A stretch of 63,425 bases of DNA, the filler included, from Nemertoderma westbladi (Eukaryota; Animalia; Xenacoelomorpha), in the NCBI GenBank assembly GCA_032718475.1. It is 4 parts of 4 records of this genome, joined end to end, with 100 filler letters (N's around TTAATTAATTAA, not from the genome) between each part and the next. Parts side by side here need not be neighbours in the genome. Positions count along the whole stretch, not along the records: positions 27,544 to 40,962 come from JAUCBJ010002770.1; positions 41,063 to 58,916 come from JAUCBJ010003063.1; 2 more parts are not named here. One strand, given 5' to 3'. Shown one piece after another: positions 36,867 to 48,555 of this stretch (position 1 is its first letter; each line of letters begins with the position of its first letter). Position numbers and translations under genes: made by a program. The notes under the pieces are model-generated. The model saw only the letters and a program-made list of their open reading frames with translations, had not been told where the DNA came from and did no database searches.

Positions 36867-37808
36867 ATGAGCCAAGAAGGAGAGACGACACCACCACGGA
36901 CCCTGGACGACAACCTAACGATCCGCGAGGCCGTGGCGAGACGGTATCGACCCACGAGGCCAGATTCGCCGACGAGAGACGGTCCGGCGGCCCAGGCGGA
37001 GGGCGGCCATCTATCACAAAGAGGGACGAGCGAGTTGAGAGAAGGGAGAGACGAGTCGACACACGACGGCCAGCCACAGGCCGAGGGCGATGGACGGCCC
37101 ACCGGAACGGCAACGGTGGGGCCGCCGGTACGACGCTGGACACGGAGAGAAAGAGGGGATGTCGGCGATAAGGACGTCGGAGTCAGCGACCGGCTCCGAC
37201 GGGCCTACAACGCAACAAGGAAGCAGATAAAGGAAGCTAAGGAGGGAGCAAAACTAGATCAGGTGAAGCTAGAGAAGCAGCTAGGTGATTCGAATAAACA
37301 TTTTAACTATCTAGTTCGCTTTGGGCAATGAGAGTTGGCGGGTGAGAGAGCAAGAGGGATTGCCACCGAACTGTTCGAACTGTGGGGGTATGGAGCCTGG
37401 TGTAGTGTACATAGGGCCATACTTAGTTGATGCCCGGGGAGTTAAGTTAGTGGGTTGGTCAGATCCGCACGATGGGGAATCCGAGGTTAGTTCCGAGGAT
37501 TCGGTCTCATCGGTCAGCGAGAACCCCGGAAAGCGGGGGAAAGTTAGTAGGACGGAGGGGCGACGGGAGTCCGTCGCAACCGATAAGTCTGCTACATCCT
37601 CAGCAAAAGCAAGACGGGTGCGGGAGATAAATCTGGCGTGTCGATTGAGAATTGCGGCGCTAGACCAGAAAGAGTTAGAGAGGCGACTGAGTGAGGGAAC
37701 CACATTATTAGAGAGAGAGAGAGAGTTTGCCAGGGAGTATAGAGAGAGAGCCGAGGAGCGTAGAGAGCGGGATCTCCAATCGCGCAATCTCTGCGATCTC
37801 CAGTTTTC
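36867..37808 (+). pseudogene. Frameshifted low-complexity/coiled-coil ORF next to a Penelope RT
   Basis: ORFs 36867-37331 and 37321-37860 overlap by a frameshift. It has an R/E-rich coiled-coil and a CSNC motif. No family recognised. Confidence 0.35.
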
Positions 37809-38555
37809 TCCCAAAAATGGTGAGCCCATCGTCGACAAATGTCTTGAAATAAAGTGCTAAATGTAAGTTTATTAGGTCGACGTGTCTAATTCTATTTATG
37901 GTCAATACTGCGAGGGCTTTTCTTCCAGGAACGCCCATCCCAACTCCCTTCCGTAATAAGTAGAAATGCTGTTGAAACTGAGAGTAAGTATGCGGCATTA
38001 CAAACTTTACCATCCCTGATATTTGTGCGATACTATATCCTGACTTATCGAGTATGTCACCATTTTCTAACAATGTCTGTGATACCGCTTCAATTGCATC
38101 CTCAACTTGGATTGAAAGATACATTTCTGCGATGTCCATCGCCATAAAGGTCACTTCCTCGAAACTAAACTTGGGTAACATCTCTTTGGCTTTGTACGAG
38201 TCACTCACAAAATGAGCCATGTGCTCTAATAATGGCTCTAAAATAGAATTTAATAATTTCCCTATCCATTCGGGAGCAGTCCCTGTCGCTGAAATTATCA
38301 GATGTGCCATTTATCGTACCATTTTCATCGGACGTATCATTTTTCCATTTCCCCAGGTCACCCACTACTCGGAGGGATCCTTGTGGTCTTTCGGTAGCGG
38401 AAAGACATACCCACACGCCGGGTGGCATGGTACCAAGTAACTCCTTAGATTGGTGTCTCCGATCTCCATTTCTTCTAACATATTCTTTAGTTCTTCTTTA
38501 AACTTTGGTATAGGGCTACGGGATAAACATTCATACGTTGTGACGTACATACGTC
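37808..38555 (-). mobile_element. Penelope-like element reverse transcriptase fragment (inverted, disrupted)
   Basis: Motifs FPLPKDHK (cf. YGLPKxHK), IIS, FVSDS, MAMDIAEMYLSI, QFQQHFYLLRKGVGMG and FKTFVDD follow the PLE RT order. Confidence 0.82.
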
Positions 38556-38589
38556 ATGACATATGTTTTCTCACTACCCCCCAACCGTA

Positions 38590-38791
38590 TGGGGGTTTTC
38601 TCACTACCCCCCAACCGTATGGGGACGCAATGCAGAGAGTCATCGTGAAGTACAGGGAACAGTTCAAACAGCTCGGATTCAAGGTAGAGCTAGCCAGACG
38701 AGCCGGATGCAACCTAGAAAAAAGACTGATAAAGAAACGTGGCGAAACGAGGAAGCCAGGTAACCATCCCTGCAAAACTAAGCAAATCTAA
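38590..38791 (+). mobile_element. Penelope-like post-RT linker fragment on the opposite strand to the RT
   Basis: PQPYGDAMQRVIVKY...ARRAGCNLEKRLIK...NHPCK resembles the PY...R..NL...L...PC linker before GIY-YIG in PLEs. A ~30-bp tandem duplication lies at the junction (38566-38624). Confidence 0.45.
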
Positions 38792-40962
38792 GCAATCTAT
38801 AGTGGAAATGCTCAGTCACGGTGCTAATTCCCAAACCTTATAGCTATACTGTACGTGTACATACCTTAATTTTCTTACTGATTAAGTTTTGTATTTTCTG
38901 TTACCTTTATTCTGTTTTGGTTTTCAATTTTTATTTATTTTGTTTTGGTTTTCAATTTTTGTTTTGTATATATTTTATAGTGAAAATGCTTAGCCACGGT
39001 GGTGTATTCCACGTGTGGTAATTCTTAAACCTTATACTGTAACTTTATTTAATTTTTGCCGGTGCTAACTATAGGGGCTGTTGTGCTGTCAGTCAAGTCA
39101 GAGAGGTAACAGCCCATGGAGGAAAGATTTACCCCTGGAGCGTTAATTGTCAGATAGTCTGATACCAACTGTACAGTCTTTTTCAACTGTCAGATAGATG
39201 AGCGCCCAGTTTGCCACTGGCAAACTGGGGGCAACCACCTTACAACTGAGGGCAAATTGTAACTGGCAGTGCCAGCCTTAAGTTGCCCTCAGTTGTTGTA
39301 TTTTTTAAACCAGAGTGTTGTTAATGGAGTCTGTTACTTCTGAAATAGTTGATCGTGGTGCTGGTGCCAGAATTATGGCTTTGATTAAAAACACTGAACT
39401 GCTGAACGATGGCGGATTCTACGAATTCCTAATCCGAGAAGACGACGGAGTCTAAGTTATTATACTTAAACAATGAAACGATCGAGGACAACTGCGTCTA
39501 TTCAATCCAGAACGATACGATGAGTCTATTACAGTATTAAACACGGAACCAGAACGATCAGACGATGGCGAGGTATATCGAGGTAATCCACAAAACACAG
39601 AACGACAGGAAGGCGACGGAGTTTATTAGACGCAAGCACGATATGGTGCGAAGCGATCGAGACAGGCAATGCGACAGTGGTGTCTATTAAACCTTGAACC
39701 GAAGACGACGGAGTCTATTAAACCTGGAACGAAGACGGTGGAGTTTATAAACCTGGAACAATGCGAATGAGGCTACTGTAAATTTAGACTGGTTTGTGAG
39801 ATTAACCTGTCAATACTAACTCAATACAATTCGCTTTCTTCGAATTCCATATTGAATTCAAATATATTTTAATCTTAATAATAATTATTCAACATCAATA
39901 TTTAAGTCGCCAAATATTTTCACTTAACTGCAGAAAGGGGGGGTCGCAACGGGGGGGGGGGGGGGGGGGGGGGGACTGGTGCTTAGATCGTGGCTTTTCC
40001 AGTTATCTTTATTCCATTTTGTAAAAACAAGGTGGTTGGAGAAAGCTGCTAGGCCTACTAAGCAGCAACCAATCACGTTAATCCTGTTTAACACAGAGTC
40101 AATGAGAATGGAATATTGCTAACATGAAAAAGTTCAGGTTACCATTATTCCATATCTCAGCATCTGTATTCCTTATTATCACCCTCCCCTTGCAGCCTTG
40201 TCTGTTTCATTATACAAGTTATACCGAAAGCAGTCTGGCGTCAGGCAGAACAGAAGGTACAGCAAATCAAATTATTAAGAATTGAAGCAACAGTAATAAT
40301 AGCCAAAGCCAATACCGGTACATAATACTATTAATACAGTAGCAGGTTTTGTTAATTCAATACTTTAAGAGCCTTAAAGGGGCCTTATTCTTTCTCATGG
40401 TAGTTACATTATATGGGAGCAGTAATGAGACGATTAAAAAAGTAGTGGAATGTAATTTATGCGATAAGAAATACACAGCAACCTCTGCATTATCGAGACA
40501 CAAACAAAAAATGGATAAAAGGAGAACAGACAGCGAAACTAAACCATTTCCAAGCTGTCCAGCAATGTTCTTTGTGCTACTCTCGTGTCGGGAATGCTAC
40601 AGACGGACCTTGGACCAATTGAATGAATAGGATGTAGCGTTTGCACGGCTGTAAACACTAGGCCGACAACTGGCAACCACTGCCGACAACAGCAAATATG
40701 AAAATGTAACCTGAGTTCGTAACTCTCGTTTATTGTTTTAATTAGACTAACCTTCGACTGTAACCTGTTCCTTTCCCCCAATTAATAAATAACATTAATT
40801 AGCTTTAATAATGGTTGTCGGCGTTGGTTGTTGGCGTTACGGCGTAGCATTTACATACACCCCGTTTGCATGAAGTGGTTGGTCTGTTGATATCATAAAA
40901 GTTGTGTGAATAAAACGCAACACTAGATTCGGGGTGATGAACTGATATGTGAGACCTGCATT

Positions 40963-41062
40963 NNNNNNNNNNNNNNNNNNNNNNNNNNNNNNNNNNNNNN
41001 NNNNNNTTAATTAATTAANNNNNNNNNNNNNNNNNNNNNNNNNNNNNNNNNNNNNNNNNNNN
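40963..41062. other. Artificial contig spacer
   Basis: Same N-TTAATTAATTAA-N linker. Confidence 0.97.
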
Positions 41063-41488
41063 ACCTCCTGTCCATGTCATATTCTGTTGATATTTATGAT
41101 ATCAACTTCCACCCTCTCGTTCTTGATTAGATAATCAACCACTTCCTAATTTCCTCAAGTCCACAACCGTGAAACAAGGACTGAAAGGACACGCGGATAG
41201 TTTGTGAACAACTGGTACCATCATGTGTCATAAATCTGGTTGTTCACCTCCCTTAATGATTGGGGATACGAATCTTATGTAGAACCACTGAGGCAAACAT
41301 ATCTTTGAACTAGTGTTTCCCTCATCGCACTGAGGATAAATTCAGTTGGAGATAGTCCTCGAATGTAACAATCCTCCTACTGAGCTCGTATTTCGGAATA
41401 CTTCTGAATACGATCTAGGTCTCCCCCTGCTCTCTACCACTACCATCAATGTCACTGTCGGAAAACATATTGGGCATACAACAGGAAT

Positions 41489-43264
41489 ATGGAGAACATT
41501 CCATACCCTTTCGATGATACTCAGCGGATTGCTCCTTGGGCCGAAGGCCGAGGTTTCTTTCGCACTATGTATGCCAATACACCCAGCGGCATTACTAAAG
41601 TACAACGGACATCCATCGGACATCTTGCCTTTCAAGAATATGGTTGGAATTTCAAAGTTGGAAATCCTATAAATTACCAGCAAGTATATGGAGATTATTA
41701 CTCCCGTTTATATTTTGATGGACCATTAACTGCGCCTGGTGCCGTATATAGCTTTATGAGTGTTCCACTTCGCCCTTCCTTAGCTATATACACGATCTTT
41801 GAAAACGCAGCACTTGCCGGTTGGCTAGCCGATGTGTGCAGTCGTACCATACGCGCTCACCCGTTAATACTTGGAACTAAACTCGCCAAGTCAGACGAAC
41901 ACAATAAGTTCATACGTTTCGAATGTTTCCGGCGCTTTCTGACTCCGTTCCGTAACGTCGATAGTCAGTTCAAAGATCGCGCGCTGACCAAGCTCAGTCT
42001 TAGAGACTCAGCTGCGGAGAAACTGAGTAGCGCTGGATTTGCCGTGTTTCAAGACATTTGTACACAGAACTCACATTCATCCGTTATACAAAGACCCCGA
42101 ATACCTACAGGTTATTCTGTCGTGGAAATACAGACAGTGGGTCCACTTACGGAAACTGACGCACCAACTTCGTCTATGCAGCTGGAGGATGAACCAGTAT
42201 GCTTGGAATCCGAAGCGATTCAACCTACGGCTTCTCGGAGCAGTGACAATGATTATGTCATAGAGTGGTATCAAGGTCCACAGCGTCTCACAGCGTACGA
42301 TTATCGACACGCCAACTACGTTTCCCGAAAACGTTGTCGATTATGCGCATCGAGAGACCACTTCACTCCTCTCGACTCGAGCGTACCTTGTTCCTATTTC
42401 CTCGAACAACCGATGATGGAAATATATTGTGCTTATTGCCGGCTTAATAACTCTCATATATTTGCCGTCTGCCCACAGTTTATGACTCAATGTCACTACT
42501 ACCAACTTAAAGGACACGAAAGTTACAATTGTCCCTTTAATCGCGATTTAGAGAGCGTAGACGAGATGATCACCCTGCGATACATCCGAGCTTGGGAAGC
42601 GAACGCAGATTTACATTGCGAATCCAGACATCGCTATTACCCTGGACGAGCTTACGAGGGAGTTTACGCGTTCCATCCTTATCTATTCGCGTCGATTGAA
42701 CAGAAAACACGCGTACCAAGTTACGAGTTAATGAAGCGTGTTGGTGAGTGTATTTCCACCAAGTTTGTCAGGAAATACCTGAGAAACGTTAATCCTAATG
42801 ATATAACCACATATCACCTGATCAATTATATCCGTCAGGACCCTGAGTATGGCGACATTTTCGTGAACTCGCATCCTGAACTCCAGGAAGTATCTCGGCG
42901 CCCATATGAATACCGAACCCGAGAACGCGAGCTGGAGAGAACTATTAAACCGAGAAAGTTCCTCACCACTCATGGTCCACCCACCGCTAGTGTCCAGACG
43001 ACCCGTCAAGGACCCGTAGAAGCTGCTGTCCTGAGACGCGCTCTAAAAGCCGTTAGACCTCACTCCACTGAGGTTGATATTAATCAACCAAGTACCTCGA
43101 CCGGCGGGTATACCGATCGTAACCCTGCACCTTCTGATGCAATTATATTGCACCCTTCGCCTAGGAGCTACAGCCCTCCTCGTAAAGTGGCTCGCCCCAA
43201 AGAGAAAAGGACTCTTGTTAATCTTAAGAAACTGCGTAAACGCCGTCCGCGCAAGAAAGACTAA
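41489..43264 (+). CDS. Uncharacterised 591-aa protein with three zinc-knuckle-like motifs and a basic C-terminal NLS; probably retroelement-borne
   Basis: Motifs CRLCASRDH-x9-C, CAYCRLNNSHIFAVC and CHYYQLKGHESYNC (degenerate CCHC). Ends KKLRKRRPRKKD. Long, non-repetitive, intron-free ORF. Confidence 0.65.
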   Translation: MENIPYPFDDTQRIAPWAEGRGFFRTMYANTPSGITKVQRTSIGHLAFQEYGWNFKVGNPINYQQVYGDYYSRLYFDGPLTAPGAVYSFMSVPLRPSLAIYTIFENAALAGWLADVCSRTIRAHPLILGTKLAKSDEHNKFIRFECFRRFLTPFRNVDSQFKDRALTKLSLRDSAAEKLSSAGFAVFQDICTQNSHSSVIQRPRIPTGYSVVEIQTVGPLTETDAPTSSMQLEDEPVCLESEAIQPTASRSSDNDYVIEWYQGPQRLTAYDYRHANYVSRKRCRLCASRDHFTPLDSSVPCSYFLEQPMMEIYCAYCRLNNSHIFAVCPQFMTQCHYYQLKGHESYNCPFNRDLESVDEMITLRYIRAWEANADLHCESRHRYYPGRAYEGVYAFHPYLFASIEQKTRVPSYELMKRVGECISTKFVRKYLRNVNPNDITTYHLINYIRQDPEYGDIFVNSHPELQEVSRRPYEYRTRERELERTIKPRKFLTTHGPPTASVQTTRQGPVEAAVLRRALKAVRPHSTEVDINQPSTSTGGYTDRNPAPSDAIILHPSPRSYSPPRKVARPKEKRTLVNLKKLRKRRPRKKD

Positions 43265-43342
43265 CTGTTTAGAGTATCTTTATGTTTTAGAAACTGTGAT
43301 TTTTATATTTTATAGACTGAAAATCCCATTTTCTGGGAGCGG

Positions 43343-44405
43343 TGTAAAAGCCTTTGCTGAATTGCCCCGTTATTTTTATTATCTTTTACAGTAAAATACT
43401 CTGTAGTTGATTTAATAAGTGTAAGAGACCGTATTATTGCTGTATCGGTGTTTTTAGAGGATCTAAGACCTATTTCCTCTGTATGTGTACTGTGAAAGGC
43501 ATATTTTATGATTCTATGGCAATTCGTGACGCAAAAGGGTGATAGCTACTCTTGAACAGTAGTTACTATGACTACGGTTAACAGCTGACATTCATACGTG
43601 TTGATTTCCTTTGTTCTACGGCGTCTCTCAGTTCAGTCAGCCAATGAGAGCGTTTTTGTGGCTCCTTGTACAGAAAATTTCCGAGAAATGACGCAATGCC
43701 TATGTGCAGTGTTTACATTCAGTCCTGAGCCTAAGAAAGAACGGCTTGGAAGTATTTTGTGCCTTACTGTTTTTTAGTCGTATACTAGTAGGTTTAATTA
43801 TAAAGGGCATATATCCTTTAACTGCTGACATAACGGCATACCTAAAGACTACTGCTAACTGATCATACATCCTGACTGCTGAAACATTGCAAACTCGTAA
43901 CAATCAGTGTTCAGTTGTTGTTTTATACTGCTATTTACTGTCAGTTCTTCATAATATGGTTGATGAATTATTATATTTGGAATAACGATAAATAACCCCT
44001 CAACCCAATATTCTTGATATACCGAAGGTAAGAGAGAAAGGTTACCAATAACGATTGTGACTTATGTTAAAGTGGTTTGAAGTGAATCTAATGTTATTTG
44101 ATAGACCCTACATGAGTCAGCCTGTGTTCCTTTTATATGTGACTAAAATCAGTGAAGATTGGCAGATTAGTATGCAGTATTGTGCAGCATTGTGTATGAG
44201 TGAGTCTGTTAAAGAAGCAATTCCTAAAGAATGCGCCATATATGTGAATTATAATTAAGCCATATCGTTGTGAGTAGTTTAAGTCATAACTCTGTTTATA
44301 TAGATAAAGCGCCACGTCCTAAAGGAACTGTTAATATTCCCGAAGGTGAATAATATTGTCAGAGATTATATAATACTGTCAGTCGAATAATACATTAGGC
44401 TTACA
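43343..44405 (+). mobile_element. Putative LTR downstream of the zinc-knuckle ORF
   Basis: Purine-rich GGGAGCGG directly before TGTAAAAGCC. Candidate inverted end GGCTTACA at 44405. No partner LTR is in the window. Confidence 0.35.
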
Positions 44406-45149
44406 TAGCAATAAAAAATTAAACCGTCGAACCCAATCTCCCGGGAATATCCAGCGGGTGAATGGTCGCGCACGGATTGGTTTCGACTAGTGTAGTGAAT
44501 CAAATACTTGTCATAGACTAAAAAACAGATTTAATATCTAGAAGACATCTTAATTTGGTGGGTTAAACTGCCAAAGGTCTGAAAGCGCGAACATAAGTTG
44601 TATACTTAGATTGTTACTTGTTCAATCGAATATAGCTCAAAATCTGGAGAAAAAGTGTACTTTTTCCCCCAGAGAAAAAAAGTGTACTTTTTCCCCCAGA
44701 GAAAAAGAGGAGTTTGCACGCAATTTGAATAAAACCCATGCACACACTCATAAGTTATTGCAACTTGTCTTCAAGACTCCAAAACGGAACTCAATATCCA
44801 ATATTGGTTTAGCCAGCTAAAGCCGAAGACCCCCCCCCCCCCCCCTCGTCCATTGTATATAATTCTAGAACCATTTTATTTACATCATACTATTTATAAA
44901 CTCTATCTCCCACCCCCAAATATAATTGTTGGCCTCGTCACAGAGAGCCATTGGGTGCTGCACCATTGTACAGCATCCATTATGTTTCTCCTTTAGAACC
45001 ATTAAATATTAGATAAGAGCGACGACGCAGTGACCCAACGATGCAGTACGTATGATAATGCCATTTAGACATAATAACTGGAGGGAGGGAGGGGCGGGGA
45101 TCAACTGAAAAGTCTAAAACATTAGAGTTTATTTTAGCCCAATGAACAC

Positions 45150-45330
45150 CAGATAGGGGAGGGGGTGTTTGACGCAATCAAAATTCATCCCTCTCCAAGG
45201 AAACTCGACGCAAATAACAGCTGTTTACACCCAATAGTAAAACTGTAACCTGTTCTATTGAATTTCAATTTATTGTTTTGGTTAGAATAACGTGTCACTG
45301 AAACCTGCTACTTTCCCTTAATTTAAAATT
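45150..45330 (-). mobile_element. Partial copy of the 48255-48501 MITE family
   Basis: Reverse-complement similarity to 48330-48501 (GATAGGGG...GACGCAAT...CCCTCTCCA...TTATTGTTTTGGTTAGAATAACGTG). Another fragment lies at about 30565-30692. Confidence 0.7.
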
Positions 45331-45413
45331 GAAACGAGATAATAATTAGCCGTGATGGGATTGAGCTCCTGTCATAAATATGAATATTGGATAATCTAGC
45401 ATAGCATCCCAAT

Positions 45414-45479
45414 CTACTACTACTACTAGTATCGGCATGCTGCATTGCAGCTGCATTTTTAAGAATGCTGTGCCGGCTT
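45414..45479 (-). mobile_element. 66-bp 3' stub of the same RTE LINE family
   Basis: Matches the reverse complement of 20899-20962, including the (TAG)n tail, with one mismatch. Confidence 0.92.
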
Positions 45480-46024
45480 AAATATTTAACAATCAACCTT
45501 TTCAGAAACTCGGGTTTTTATGTAACTATTCACATAGTAGTCGGAGGAGTAGAACTTCTACGTAAATATACACCTATGAAATCTTGAATAGCCCTTTCCT
45601 GAGTAGGTTACTGAGTTGGTAGAGATTTGCTTGGAGGGCTAAGGGTCGGTTGCTTAGAGGGAAGACTCAATTCGGCTATTAGAGTTCTTAGAGTTATAGT
45701 TCCCAAATTGAATAGAACTAAGCAATACTTTACATATTTATTATTTTACTTTCTATATTTATAAGATACTCAACGCACCAATATATCGCGATAAGTTATA
45801 CGTTGGTCAAGGTGAGTTCGAATACCAAAATACAATTATGGCGGCACGCAACGCGGTGTAAGACAGAATGATATAGGAGCTTCCCAACGACTCGAGATAT
45901 ACAACTTAGGGTACTAACACTTCAGCAGTGACTGGCTTGGAAATTTATGGCCGCTAAATAGCATTACCGTCGATGTATTGCTTGGGGTGTCATCATCATC
46001 ACCATTGGAAAGTCAAGGCAATGA

Positions 46025-47059
46025 TCACCGTTTGCTTTTACCCTGCTTTAGCCTTCTGGACTTTCCAACCCGAACTTTCCCGCTCTTCCTCTCTCGTACT
46101 TTTCCCTTCCCTCCCCGCCCCTCTCTCCCTTTCGCCCTTTTCTGCCTATCCACATCGCCCTCTACATTAGCCGAATGGGACGTATTGCGTTTAGAGTTCT
46201 TTTTCCGTCCACCGAAACCGAATTTACTGTCCTTGAACTGCCGTTTGGAGTTGACTCTCTTCTGTGAACCTACATTTACTTTCTTTCCCTGCGAATTCGA
46301 TTTATTTTTCCCTTTAGTCTTCGCGTTTCCAGTCGGTCGTTTATCAACTTCTTCTTTGTCTTCTAGGAAGTCCAACGACTGCTTTTGCCCTTTCCGGAAT
46401 TTCTTTATAGAATCGAGAGTTTCTTTTTTCTCCTTTTGCCGTCGCTTTGCCACGTTCTGCTGCACTTTTTTACCAAACCGCTTCAACTCTCTGAGTTTTT
46501 TAACCTTCTCGGATTTCTCCACGGCCACGCGTTGACGGAGTAACCGCTCCCGAACCCGTTTCATTAGAACGTCAGGTTTCGCCATTTCCGCGAAGTAATC
46601 ATCGGGTCTACGGGTCGGCACGCCGAGGTTCTGCAGTAACGGAAGCGAGTGCAACACCGCAGCGGCCGCCTGTCTGTGGAACAACATCTCACGACTAAAG
46701 TCGTCGTTGACATTCGTCTCCTTGCCATCGGTTCGAACTCCCGCAAGAGTGTTCGCAAGTTCCGCGGAGTGCAGCTTGTTCTCAGCAACCGGTGCCATGG
46801 TTACGTCCAATCGCTGCTCCCAATCGAACTCCTGTCTGATAGCCGATAATTTATCCTTCATTCCTTGCGAGTTATTTATAGCGGGTTTACTGGCCGCTTG
46901 AGCAATGTTTAACCCAGGTTTCAGCAGCCCCTCTTCAAGGGCTATCTGAAGTTCCCGGTCGCTAGAATCGCTACCATCTTCACTCTCGATCTGGTCCCAG
47001 CCGCGCTCCACCCTCCATTTATCGACAGGGTCACTCTTACTGGACCTGTAACTCGGCAT
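46025..47059 (-). CDS. EBNA1BP2: rRNA-processing protein EBP2 (EBNA1-binding protein 2 homologue), intronless
   Basis: Motifs DRELQ..LEEGLLKPGLN, VNDDFSREMLFHRQA, PTRRPDDYFAEMAK, RELKRFGKKVQ and KDSKFGFGGRKK.SKRNT. Confidence 0.95.
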   Translation of the reverse strand: MPSYRSSKSDPVDKWRVERGWDQIESEDGSDSSDRELQIALEEGLLKPGLNIAQAASKPAINNSQGMKDKLSAIRQEFDWEQRLDVTMAPVAENKLHSAELANTLAGVRTDGKETNVNDDFSREMLFHRQAAAAVLHSLPLLQNLGVPTRRPDDYFAEMAKPDVLMKRVRERLLRQRVAVEKSEKVKKLRELKRFGKKVQQNVAKRRQKEKKETLDSIKKFRKGQKQSLDFLEDKEEVDKRPTGNAKTKGKNKSNSQGKKVNVGSQKRVNSKRQFKDSKFGFGGRKKNSKRNTSHSANVEGDVDRQKRAKGREGRGGKGKVRERKSGKVRVGKSRRLKQGKSKR

Positions 47060-48254
47060 AATTCATCAGACGCAGACAGACTAATTGAATTTACAGATTA
47101 CAGGACTGCAGGAGCAGGACTGGTGCAGCAGAACTGTAGGTACTGACGTACGTTTGGTACGCCAGTGTCGGAGTCAGACTGTCAGAGATGAGAGAACACA
47201 GGATACAGGAACAGTCTGACAGTATTATTATGGCTGTATTGTCTGACCACTGGACTAGGCCCTAAAGAAGTACTGCAGTACTGACTATGACACTGGCAGA
47301 CTGGCGTTGGTTATTTTGGCTTTTTGGCACCTCTTAATTTATATGTAACTCTTAAAATGGGCCCACCCCACAGCAATAAACTACATATCGGTAGTAGTGG
47401 AGTGCAGGAGTGGTGCAGTGACGTACTGTATTTGTATATAACGAGAGGTTTAGCGGATTTAGTCGGAATAGTGGACTGTGCACAGTGGCAGCAGATGGTG
47501 GTATTGACAGATGGGGAAGACGAAAGGCCCTGAGGACTTAAAAGGCGGTACCGGTATCACAGGAATAAAAAAACGCACTGTATTCATGAAGAAATGAAGG
47601 ATAGCTTCAGTAAAAAAAAATACCCAGTTTACCACCAAACACTGGTACTGAACCTGTGCTAAGTCCAGTGCTATATATTTTTACGCTTCGCTATACTCAT
47701 TTATTTTTATTTATATATATGGTATTTAGCATTGTGGTGTCATCTATCCAACTTTATCTCCTTTTATGAATTTTATCGAATTATGAATTCTGGTCATGTT
47801 TTAAATAATTTAATTTTATTTCATTTAATTTCACTTTATTTCATTTTATTTACTTGTATCTTCCTAGCCATCCATACCTAAATGGCCGTATATCTTTTTA
47901 TTTATTTTTACTTATTTTAACTTAATTAATTGTATCTACCTAGGCTTAGTCACACTCGGCATTTTAACGATTGTTCATCCGAAAAGTATCACATTATTAT
48001 ATTATTAACTTTATTTTACTCACCTATTTTAATATAATTTATCCTACATGTCAGCCTCATCTCTCTTTTTACCAATGCTCAGCTCATATTTTTATTTATT
48101 TTAATTATTTAATAGCATCCTCGTAACCAGGCATATACTGTACGATAGCCTCGTATAAATTAGTATCTTTTACAGTATATTATTCAATTAAATTTAACCG
48201 CGTACGTACTTATTTTAATATGTAAATTATGTAAACATTTTAATATATATTTGA

Positions 48255-48501
48255 GACAGGGGGGGGGGGGGGGGGGACTGGACGCAAAACCCGCCTTGGC
48301 GAATTAATATCCCGCCTCAATGGTAAATTATCAATTTAGGGAAATTAGCAGGTTACAGTGGCACGTTATTTTAACCAGAACAATAAACTAAACACAATAG
48401 AACTGGTGACAGTTTTATTTTTGAGAGTAATCGCTGTTATTTGCGTCCAATTTCCCCTGGAGAGGGATGAATTTTTATTGCGTCCAGTTTCCCCCCCTAT
48501 C
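48255..48501. mobile_element. MITE with 3-bp TSD (PIF/Harbinger-like)
   Basis: TIRs GACAGGG..ACTGGACGCAA / TTGCGTCCAGT..CCCTATC, with TGA on both sides. Confidence 0.65.
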
Positions 48502-48512
48502 TGATATATTTA

Positions 48513-48555
48513 TATCACTGAAGACGTGTGTAATACACGAAATGGCCATATGATA
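48513..48555 (+). ncRNA. Minimal type I hammerhead ribozyme motif (Penelope/retrozyme type)
   Basis: TATCA-CTGAAGA-C-GTGT-GTAAT-ACAC-GAAA-TGGCCA-TA-TGATA. It has a 5-bp stem I, an intact core, a 4-bp stem II, palindromic stem III ATGGCCAT and an AUA cleavage triplet. Confidence 0.8.

Noticed and set aside
40349-40630. C2H2 zinc-finger gene (CNLCDKKYTATSALSRHKQKM)
   Set aside because: It is a single incomplete finger lacking the second His, with no convincing exon structure. At most it is a decayed fragment.
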